From positions 1-34,424 of the forward strand of contig JAAYQB010000115.1 in assembly GCA_012519525.1 (NCBI GenBank): 34,424 nt of DNA, written 5' to 3'. Below, one piece after another: positions 1-7,382 of this stretch (position 1 is the stretch's first letter; every line of letters begins with the position of its first letter). This stretch comes from Bacteroidales bacterium (GTDB lineage: Bacteria; Bacteroidota; Bacteroidia; Bacteroidales; WCHB1-69). The position numbers were made by a program, and so were the translations under genes. A model generated the notes under the pieces. That model saw nothing but the letters and a program-made list of their open reading frames with translations. It was not told the DNA's origin and did no database searches.

Positions 1-104
1 AAAATTATAAAACTATTAAAAGTATCAAAAAAATGAATAATTTTGCAACTTTAAAGATAAAATAAAAAATAATATATGAATTTGTATATTTGTTTCGTAA
101 ATTA
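1..104 (+). repeat. Cassette-junction repeat, copy A (only the 3' promoter-bearing part; truncated by the window start)
   Basis: Aligns without gaps to 3152-3255 (copy C), with 7 mismatches in 104 nt by manual alignment. Carries two TAnnTTTG -7 boxes at 38-45 (TAATTTTG) and 85-92 (TATATTTG). The second lies 61 nt upstream of the ATG at 153. Confidence 0.85.
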
Positions 105-152
105 GATATTATGGGCAAGGCTAAGAAACCACTACTGCATAAATAAAGAACC

Positions 153-2057
153 ATGTATAAAGAGAATTTATTTGAACTAATACGGAAAGAAGAAGTGATA
201 ATCTGGGCAGGAGCAGGCATGTCATTGTACGCAGGTTATCCTTCTGCGAAAAGATTAGCTGAAATTCTTATTGAAAACCTGACATCTAAAGAAAAAGAAA
301 GAATAGATATTAATATTCCTCTTCCCGAATTAGCCGAAGAATTTTATAGATTAAAAGGAAACAATAAGAATAGTCTGCTTCAAATATTAAATGAAACTTT
401 TCAGAAAAAAGCGGAATCAACAGACACCCATGATAGGTTGGCTATAATTCCACATTTCAGTACAATAATTACAACAAATTATGATTCTTTATTTGAGGAT
501 TCATATGGTCAAAAGGCACAGAAAATATATAAAACAACTCAGATTCCTTACATCAATAATAAGAAGACACAGATATTTAAAATTCATGGTGATTTAAGTG
601 AACCTGAAAGTATAATTTTAACTAAATCAGATTATAACAAATTCTTTAAGGATAATGAAGATAATGGCACATTTTGGTCAGTAATACGAGAAAGATTAGC
701 TACTAAAGCTGTATTATTTTTAGGATATAATTTAGAAGACCCGAATGTTTCTGTCATATTTGACAGAATTACTGATTCATTAGGAGAAAATAGAAAAGAA
801 TGTTTTTTAGTTGCACCAAAACTTCCTCAGCATAAGGCAAATAATCTTATAAAGAAAGGGATTCATTACATAGATTCTACTGCTGAGGAAATAATATCAG
901 AGTTACTTTTAAATTTAAAAGAACATATAATTTCAGATATTGAAAGAGGAAAGACATCAGCAGATACTTTTCGTCATTTTTTGGCAAACATTGACTTGCT
1001 TCCAGATTTAAAAGCAGATAATGATAGTTATAAAGTTACTTCATTAAAAGGAACTAAAGCAGGTATTCATGGAACTGCGAACTTTACTTTCAAAAATGAA
1101 AAAGATTTTATAAAGGAGCTTAACGACTTTACACATGGAAAAAAGTTTGGAACATTGGAAATTCCTGGAGATAAACTATTAAATGCTGAATTTTGGTATG
1201 GCGGTGTTAAATTTCCAGATTCAGAGGGCATATTAAAGCTTGAGTTTAAAAGTGTGCCAACATTAGAAACCAAAATTGATGTAAGATTTGATGATGGTTT
1301 TGACTATCAAAACACTCCTATTAAACTATATGGTTCGCCTAATTTAATTGAGATACATCTTGAAATTGAGAATGCAGATATTGTAGTTAAAGTAGATTTA
1401 GAAACAATGCCTGAAATAAAAGTTAACATGAATTATAAGCACAAAGAGGTTTGTAAAAATGTTAAAACTGAAATAGAACTATTTACCTTATTAATGAAAC
1501 TTGCAGAAGGAAGAATGTTTACTGTTTTTCCGGAAAATGGGAATGCAATATCCAAAGCATTCCCAAAATCTACAGAACTTTTAGAACACGCAACGTTTTT
1601 TTATTATTATTTTACAAACCTTAAAAAGATTGAGAATCATTATAATGTTAGGTTTTCAAATATTCATATAAATAGCATTAATGATGAAACCTTAAAAACA
1701 GTTGAATATATTGTAGCAGTATTTGAGGAGGTATATTTGGATTTAGATTGGGATGATGAATTAATAATGACTCTGGTTGATGATTATTCTGATGAAGTTA
1801 TTGAACAATTCGAAAATGTGAATAAGGTTAGTACGCCTTTTGTTGCTCATAATAAGGTTGAAGAAATAATGGAACTGCATGGTGAAAAAATTAACCTGGG
1901 ATATAAGAAAGTAGAATTTATGGATACTTATGTCACAAACATTGAAGCTATTAAGAAAAGGGAAGATAATGTTGTTAGAATGAAAAGTCGAAGTAAGAAA
2001 ATGCATCTTTCCTATACAAAAGATTTAAATGAAGAAAATATAAAGTCCAGACCATAA
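153..2057 (+). CDS. SIR2_2-type (sirtuin-like, putative NADase) domain protein with an unknown ~370-aa C-terminal domain
   Basis: 634-aa ORF. The N-terminal ~265 aa carry SIR2_2-like signatures: WAGAGMS (res 18-24), TTNYD (Asn109 codon 477-479), KIHGD (His145 codon 585-587) and LFLGYNLEDPN. I recognise no motif in the beta-rich C-terminal part. Confidence 0.75.
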   Translation: MYKENLFELIRKEEVIIWAGAGMSLYAGYPSAKRLAEILIENLTSKEKERIDINIPLPELAEEFYRLKGNNKNSLLQILNETFQKKAESTDTHDRLAIIPHFSTIITTNYDSLFEDSYGQKAQKIYKTTQIPYINNKKTQIFKIHGDLSEPESIILTKSDYNKFFKDNEDNGTFWSVIRERLATKAVLFLGYNLEDPNVSVIFDRITDSLGENRKECFLVAPKLPQHKANNLIKKGIHYIDSTAEEIISELLLNLKEHIISDIERGKTSADTFRHFLANIDLLPDLKADNDSYKVTSLKGTKAGIHGTANFTFKNEKDFIKELNDFTHGKKFGTLEIPGDKLLNAEFWYGGVKFPDSEGILKLEFKSVPTLETKIDVRFDDGFDYQNTPIKLYGSPNLIEIHLEIENADIVVKVDLETMPEIKVNMNYKHKEVCKNVKTEIELFTLLMKLAEGRMFTVFPENGNAISKAFPKSTELLEHATFFYYYFTNLKKIENHYNVRFSNIHINSINDETLKTVEYIVAVFEEVYLDLDWDDELIMTLVDDYSDEVIEQFENVNKVSTPFVAHNKVEEIMELHGEKINLGYKKVEFMDTYVTNIEAIKKREDNVVRMKSRSKKMHLSYTKDLNEENIKSRP

Positions 2058-2216
2058 TATCGTGTAAAAAGCATTGGGGTTTAATAGGTTATTCAAGGAT
2101 TGTAGCCCGCTTCAACTTTTCATATAGCTTGATAAAAAATCGCCCTCAATCCCCTACTTTTCATACATGTAAACGTTACCACCCAAGCGATTAAATAAAA
2201 CTTCAACAGAAATATG

Positions 2217-2390
2217 CACAAAGTGAAAAAACAACACAATTGAATTATGGTAAGGATGTCAAAGAGGAACAATAAAATGAAGCTAATTGGCAGATAAAAA
2301 ATTATAAAAGTATTAAAAAAATGTATACTTTTGCAATCTTAAAGATGAAGTTCTTTTATTAAAATAAAAACATTAATAAATAAAAAACGA
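2217..2390 (+). repeat. Cassette-junction repeat, copy B (5' module + promoter + type-a leader)
   Basis: The 5' module at 2231-2318 differs from 3085-3172 at only 3 positions by eye. The -7 box TACTTTTG lies at 2326-2333, 65 nt before the ATG at 2398. The downstream leader (2316-2390) matches copy E (12171-12245). Confidence 0.85.
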
Positions 2391-2397
2391 TACAGAC

Positions 2398-3078
2398 ATG
2401 AGAAAAACAATTGTTTTTGGAGTAATTACAGTTCTAATTGGACTGATTTCGTGTGAAAAGGACAATGATACGAAACCGAACGACAGTGTTGTTTATGACA
2501 CTATTAAACCATTGGATTATTTTCCTGCATTTCCGGGTTCATATTGGATTTATGATAATAATGACACCTTAAAAGTTGCAAACCAATATGAGAAATATAT
2601 ATTCAATTCAGCAGGATATACTGCGAAACCTGATTATGATACTTTGATTTTGCCAAAACTCATATTAAATGGAATATTTAATCCAACTGATACTTTCGCC
2701 TATGTTAATGGATACTCCATTTCGCAAGCCAAAGGAAGTAGTTATAGAGACCCAGCCTTTAAGGAATTACTTTCTTTAACCGAAGGCGCTGAATTTACAA
2801 TTGGAGGTGCAATTCAAGGTCATAAGATAACAGGTAAAACAATAAAAGTAGATACGACAATTTATTTAGGAACGACTGAATATAAAAACGTGATAATTAC
2901 TATTCAATTTGACTATGCTTGCGTTTCAGGGTCAGGCGGCTCTCCGGAAGATTGTGCAACTTTAAGAGAATATTATGCAAAGGATATTGGATTGATAAAA
3001 CGAGAAACGAGAAATTATCCAATAGATACTGATTTTGTTAAAGATATTGAATTAATAAAATATAAAATTATAAAATAG
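2398..3078 (+). CDS. Small lipoprotein, unknown function
   Basis: 226-aa ORF. The N-terminus MRKTIVFGVITVLIGLISC has a hydrophobic signal plus a lipobox Cys, followed by the acidic stretch EKDNDTK. No enzymatic motif recognised. Confidence 0.7.
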   Translation: MRKTIVFGVITVLIGLISCEKDNDTKPNDSVVYDTIKPLDYFPAFPGSYWIYDNNDTLKVANQYEKYIFNSAGYTAKPDYDTLILPKLILNGIFNPTDTFAYVNGYSISQAKGSSYRDPAFKELLSLTEGAEFTIGGAIQGHKITGKTIKVDTTIYLGTTEYKNVIITIQFDYACVSGSGGSPEDCATLREYYAKDIGLIKRETRNYPIDTDFVKDIELIKYKIIK

Positions 3079-3084
3079 CTAGCG

Positions 3085-3255
3085 ACAACACAATTGAATT
3101 ATGCTAAGAATGTCAAAGAGGAACAATAAAATGAAGCTAATTGGCAGATAAAAAATTATAAAACTATTAAAAGTATCAAAAAGATGAATAATTTTGCAAC
3201 CTTGAAGTTAAAAAAGAAAATAATATATGAATTTGTATATTTGCTTCGTAAATTA
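3085..3255 (+). repeat. Cassette-junction repeat, copy C (5' module + promoter + type-b leader)
   Basis: Starts 6 nt after the stop codon at 3076-3078. The 5' module matches copy B, and 3152-3255 matches copy A. -7 boxes lie at 3189-3196 (TAATTTTG) and 3236-3243 (TATATTTG). Confidence 0.9.
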
Positions 3256-3282
3256 TACGTTATGCACCACTTTAGAACGACA

Positions 3283-4425
3283 ATGAAACAACTGACTATC
3301 ATTTTTGGGCTGACACTTGTAGCAGCGACAAATATTTTTGCTCAAACTGCAATTACAGCGGACAGTTTAGATAAAAAAATTGCCGCCCATTTTGACAAGT
3401 ATAGACCAGAACTTTTCCGTTACAGCGGACTGACAACCTACGGTGAGACACAGACAACCTTTGACAAAAAACAAATTGAAACAGAACTGCAACTTTTCAG
3501 CGAAGTAAAAAATTCGAAACTCCTAAACAAGCCGACAGCAACTGTTTTTGCGTTATGCCACAACATCCTCATTCATACTCCCGACAATGGAAAATCTTTT
3601 CTAAAACTTTTGAATCAGCCGACAACAAATGAAGACATTATCGGTTTGCTGTATTTAGAAATAATTTTTGCTGGGGAATTCGGTGAACAGTTAGCGGTGG
3701 ACAATTTAGAATCCAACAATAAAGAATGGAGTAAAGCTTGGGCTGGATATTTAAGTTCATTCGCAATTTATGAATCTTCTATACCAAGAATTGAAAAAGC
3801 GTTACAACAAACTGACGACACCGAAATAAAACAAGACCTCATCAGTGCATTGATGTATATCAGTAATCCGAAGTCAATAGAAATTATAAAACAGATTATT
3901 GAAACGGCAAAAAATGATGAAGTGCAGACAAAAGCAATTTTTGCTTATGCAGAGCTTGCGGGTTACGATGGAATAAAATATTTGGAGAGCGTCAAAACTA
4001 TCGGAGAAAAATCAAAAGAAGAAAAAAAATCAAGCATTGACTGGCTGAAAAAAGAAACAAGTCCCAAAAATAAATTTGGGACTGAAGTAACCAATGACAT
4101 TGATTTCATTAAAAGATTTGGAGACATTAAATCACCCGCCATCATTTGGATGGACAAGGAAGGATTACTGAATGAAAAAAAAGCAAAAAAGCCAACACCC
4201 CTGACAAAAGACAAGAAAGATAAACTACTTGACTTGCTAATTGAATCAAAAGGTTTCGGACTTGAAGCAGTAAAGGGACAATTGTTTTTAAGTATTGAGC
4301 CAACAGACATTGATAAACTTTTAACGCTGCGACAAATGTGTGTTTATTCACCCAACAATTTTACAAAGGGACGACTAAACACAATTGAAATATTAGTTCG
4401 GTATTTACGCAATGCAAAAAAGTAA
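3283..4425 (+). CDS. Secreted protein, unknown function (possible HEAT/ARM-like helical repeats)
   Basis: The track ORF starts at 3184, but its first 33 codons lie inside repeat copy C and its promoter boxes. The internal Met at 3283 begins MKQLTIIFGLTLVAATNIFAQ, a typical signal peptide. The middle region (DTEIKQDLISALMYISNPKSIEIIKQIIETAKNDEVQTKAIFAYAELAG) looks like HEAT-type repeats. Confidence 0.65.
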   Translation: MKQLTIIFGLTLVAATNIFAQTAITADSLDKKIAAHFDKYRPELFRYSGLTTYGETQTTFDKKQIETELQLFSEVKNSKLLNKPTATVFALCHNILIHTPDNGKSFLKLLNQPTTNEDIIGLLYLEIIFAGEFGEQLAVDNLESNNKEWSKAWAGYLSSFAIYESSIPRIEKALQQTDDTEIKQDLISALMYISNPKSIEIIKQIIETAKNDEVQTKAIFAYAELAGYDGIKYLESVKTIGEKSKEEKKSSIDWLKKETSPKNKFGTEVTNDIDFIKRFGDIKSPAIIWMDKEGLLNEKKAKKPTPLTKDKKDKLLDLLIESKGFGLEAVKGQLFLSIEPTDIDKLLTLRQMCVYSPNNFTKGRLNTIEILVRYLRNAKK

Positions 4426-4509
4426 AAGCGGTGCATAACATCGGACTTGCGAACCGTTGGCAGCAAGGGTGAGAACAACCCATATATTTAAATTATTAAA
4501 TTAAAAAGT

Positions 4510-5103
4510 ATGAGAACAATATTATTGAATATTTTTATAATCGCATTAACATTAACTGCTTGTAATAAAAAAGATGACGATGAAATTGGAAAAAATGTAA
4601 AAGACCCTTATAAATTACCATGGAAGACAGAGAATATTCATTATGAGAATTTGTCAATGTGTAATGGAAGCCATTCGTCGGGATATAAACTTTATTACAA
4701 GGATTCATTATTAATGGAGGAATGTACCCTTGGAAGTACTAGAATATCTAATTCTTTGTTGATTAATGATTCAATCCTTCATCTTTTCGTTATTAGAAAA
4801 AGCAACAGTAGCTATGATTTGTTGACTAAAAATGGCGGACATAGTTGGGAGGAAATCCACGTTGGACCCCCTGAAATTTATAAAATACATTATGTGAATT
4901 TAGAATTGGTTTACTGTGTGACTATAAATCAGAATGATTTATATTTTACCGGCATCTGGAAAAGTAACCTTTCTAATTTTAAGGATAGCCTGACTAAGGG
5001 AAGACATTATATCACAGATTTAGGGACAAATATTTCAGACATGGATTCAACAGTGATAACATTAAATGATAGTGTTGATTTTGTGATAAAGTTTAAAGAT
5101 TAG
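4510..5103 (+). CDS. Small lipoprotein, unknown function
   Basis: 197-aa ORF. The signal MRTILLNIFIIALTLTAC has a lipobox Cys followed by NKKDDDE, which is K-(D/E)n and resembles the Bacteroidetes lipoprotein surface-export signal. There is one Asp-box-like element (TKNGGHSWEE). Confidence 0.7.
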   Translation: MRTILLNIFIIALTLTACNKKDDDEIGKNVKDPYKLPWKTENIHYENLSMCNGSHSSGYKLYYKDSLLMEECTLGSTRISNSLLINDSILHLFVIRKSNSSYDLLTKNGGHSWEEIHVGPPEIYKIHYVNLELVYCVTINQNDLYFTGIWKSNLSNFKDSLTKGRHYITDLGTNISDMDSTVITLNDSVDFVIKFKD

Positions 5104-5177
5104 TAGAAAGCCTGCCCCCACTCACTCAAATCCAGCTTCACTGAACTCGCTCTGACTCGGTTATAATCCAAGTATTT

Positions 5178-5310
5178 TACAAAGCGAGAAAACACAACAC
5201 AATTGAATTATGTAAGGATGTCAAAGAGGAACATAATCCTAATTGGCAGATAAAAAATGATAAAACTATTGAAAGTATAAAAAAAATATATACTTTTGCT
5301 TCGTAAAATA
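5178..5310 (+). repeat. Cassette-junction repeat, copy D (5' module, 6 nt shorter, + promoter + short hybrid leader)
   Basis: 5178-5193 (tacaaagcgagaaaac) matches 2217-2230 of copy B. The 5' module at 5194-5276 matches B and C apart from a 6-nt shorter centre. The -7 box TACTTTTG lies at 5291-5298, 40 nt before the ATG at 5338. It is followed by gcttcgtaaa, as in copies A and C. Confidence 0.85.
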
Positions 5311-5337
5311 AATGTTATTGATAATTAAACAAAGGAA

Positions 5338-6606
5338 ATGATAAACACATTGCATAAAGAACAGAAATCGGGTATTTTGTTATTGCTGGGTTCAAAAACA
5401 TTTGAAAGCTTAGCTTTCTTTTTACTAATGGCAATATTTTTTCCATTCTTGAACGAATCCTTAGGAATTGATTCGTCAAAAGTAGGATTTTATTATACTT
5501 TATTTTATGGAACCATTGGGATAACAAGTTTTATTTCAGGATTTTTAGGCGACAAACGAAACAGATTTCATGTTGTTACAATAGGATTTCTACTATTAAC
5601 AGTAATGCATTTGGCAATTGCATTTCTGCCCGGCAATAATTTTTTAATACTTGCAACATTAATCCTATTAGGACTTGGAAAAGGACTCATATCGCCCAAT
5701 ATGGTTGTCTTTCTTGGGAATATTTACAATGAAAAAGAGAACAAAATAATTGGATTGTCCGGATTTATTTTGTTTTCATTCGCAGTTAGTACTGGAGCTG
5801 TAATAGCCCCTCTACTTTCAGCTTTTTTAAAAAATAATTGGGGTTTTTATTCCCTATTTGCGTTTATATTTGCTTTACTCTCATTTATTTTATTTCTAAA
5901 ATTCAAAAACCACTATAATAAACTTAACATTGTTGCCGACAGGAAAGATTATGTTGAAAATACCGACATAAAAAAACTAAATACATTGATACTGTTTTCA
6001 ATTCTTACAATCGGGATTTTCATAAATTTTGTACTCTACCAAAATAGACTGACTTTTACACATGCCATACATGACTTTTTCGAAAATGGATTTGAAATTA
6101 CTCAAGTATTCAATAATATTGACAACTATATTTCTTTCATTATCTTAGCTCTATTTGCATTTTTAATTTTAAAAATAAAGCGTTTAAATTGGAGTAAAAT
6201 TTTTAATGTAATTCTCATTGGGCTTATTGTTGCAATCATTGCATTTATAGTAATAGCAACTTCTTTATCAATATCTCAAGCGATAAATAGTCTATTTATA
6301 CAATCGTATATTTTCATCTTAATAGCCGAGACATTGATTTCTCCTATAATATTCTATATAACATACAGATGTTCACCTTTAAAACACAAAGGACTTTTTC
6401 AAGGAATATCATTTATATTTAGGGGAATCGCAAATCAATTATTATTCTTAGGATTATTGATGTATAATAAAAATGCTTTAATGGCATTTATTGGATTTGC
6501 AATCATTCTTACAATTTCTGCTATTTTAATATTAATCTTAAAAAAGAAAGTGAACAATAAACTAACTGAAATAGAAAGAAATATAGAAGCCGATAACATA
6601 CAATAA
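5338..6606 (+). CDS. Polytopic membrane transporter, MFS fold, divergent POT/PTR2 (peptide transporter)-like
   Basis: 422 aa, about 12 hydrophobic segments by eye. POT-like patterns are SGFLGDKRNRF (cf. GGxxAD) and GLGKGLISPN (cf. GxGxFKPN). The ExxERFxYY signature looks degenerate (KTFESLAFF). Confidence 0.5.
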   Translation: MINTLHKEQKSGILLLLGSKTFESLAFFLLMAIFFPFLNESLGIDSSKVGFYYTLFYGTIGITSFISGFLGDKRNRFHVVTIGFLLLTVMHLAIAFLPGNNFLILATLILLGLGKGLISPNMVVFLGNIYNEKENKIIGLSGFILFSFAVSTGAVIAPLLSAFLKNNWGFYSLFAFIFALLSFILFLKFKNHYNKLNIVADRKDYVENTDIKKLNTLILFSILTIGIFINFVLYQNRLTFTHAIHDFFENGFEITQVFNNIDNYISFIILALFAFLILKIKRLNWSKIFNVILIGLIVAIIAFIVIATSLSISQAINSLFIQSYIFILIAETLISPIIFYITYRCSPLKHKGLFQGISFIFRGIANQLLFLGLLMYNKNALMAFIGFAIILTISAILILILKKKVNNKLTEIERNIEADNIQ

Positions 6607-6642
6607 AATTCAAATTATTTATATTTGTAAAAACTTAAAAAA

Positions 6643-7371
6643 ATGAGAACGATAACAACAACAATTTTGATTCTGATTTGCATTGGAAATACATTGGGAC
6701 AAAACAATGAAAAACTTGCGAAGAAAATCACTAAAAAGATGTGCGACTGTATTGGATTTATAGATAAATATGAAAATTTAAATGCAAAACTTGACAGCTG
6801 TTACGACTTGGCTCTCAATGACATTATAATGAATGCTACACCTAAAGAAATCCAAATCATTGGAAATACAGAAGAATTTAATGAAGTTAAAAATCGAATT
6901 GGAAAACTCATTAAAGTGGATTGTGATGCAGTAAAAAATGTTATTATTCAAGAAGTGCAATCGTCAATAAATGAAAGTAGTTATCCCACTAATTTCACAA
7001 CAAAGGAATTAAAAGAAGCAAAAAGAAATTTAGATTCTTATGACGGAAAAATCATTGCTTTTGATGGTAAAATAGTTGAAGTAAAATCACTTGGAGAAAA
7101 CAAACCCTATTTGAAAGTTGAACTTGAAAATGGAGAAACAGTTTGGATTGGTTCTATGGTAAACAGTCAATTCGACAAAGTAGGTAATTCAATACGATTT
7201 TTAGGATATTTTTTACTAGTTAAAAAAGGTGAAATTGAATTCAATAACTCTGGATTTCACATTCTTGCATTTGCTGAAATAGACTTGAAAACAAAAAAAT
7301 TAGCTATTATGCCGGGGTCGGAATCTCAGATAAAAGAATGGGGACAAGGAAAAATACCAAATACAAAATAA
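6643..7371 (+). CDS. Secreted protein, unknown function
   Basis: 242-aa ORF with the N-terminal signal MRTITTTILILICIGNTLGQ. No recognisable catalytic motif. Confidence 0.65.
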   Translation: MRTITTTILILICIGNTLGQNNEKLAKKITKKMCDCIGFIDKYENLNAKLDSCYDLALNDIIMNATPKEIQIIGNTEEFNEVKNRIGKLIKVDCDAVKNVIIQEVQSSINESSYPTNFTTKELKEAKRNLDSYDGKIIAFDGKIVEVKSLGENKPYLKVELENGETVWIGSMVNSQFDKVGNSIRFLGYFLLVKKGEIEFNNSGFHILAFAEIDLKTKKLAIMPGSESQIKEWGQGKIPNTK

Positions 7372-7382
7372 ATCAATTAACA

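Noticed and set aside
153-2057. The SIR2 protein as the ThsA of a canonical Thoeris system.
   Set aside because: No TIR-domain (ThsB) gene lies in the 13 kb downstream, and I cannot recognise a SLOG domain in the C-terminal half. An upstream partner off-window cannot be ruled out, so it is reported as unclassified rather than Thoeris.
3184-3282. N-terminal extensions of track ORFs: 3184 for the secreted protein, 7338 for the lipoprotein, 11355 for the endonuclease, 20143 for the zeta-like kinase, 21131 (TTG) for the phosphoesterase and 25919 for valS.
   Set aside because: The extensions run through repeat or promoter sequence or through the upstream gene. The internal Met in each case gives a canonical signal peptide, P-loop position or aaRS N-terminus. 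The 20143 start cannot be fully excluded.
4426-4509. Possible tRNA-like or degenerate junction-repeat sequence (gcataacatcgg...gttggcagcaag) between the 3283-4425 and 4510-5103 genes.
   Set aside because: There is no cloverleaf and no T-loop GTTCRA motif. Similarity to the junction repeat is limited to two short words (aaca, ttggcag). It is treated as ordinary intergenic spacer within one cassette.
2217-5310. The junction repeats as classical integron attC sites.
   Set aside because: I could not find the imperfect-palindrome R''-L''/L'-R' organisation or GTTRRRY/RYYYAAC core sites by eye. There is no intI-type integrase in the window. The repeats also carry promoters, which attC sites normally do not. 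Only the general array analogy is retained.
2217-5310. The repeats as a CRISPR array or a MITE with terminal inverted repeats.
   Set aside because: Units are about 130-175 bp and separated by 0.7-3 kb of coding sequence, which does not match a CRISPR array of 25-40-bp repeats with short spacers. No terminal inverted repeats or target-site duplications are evident.
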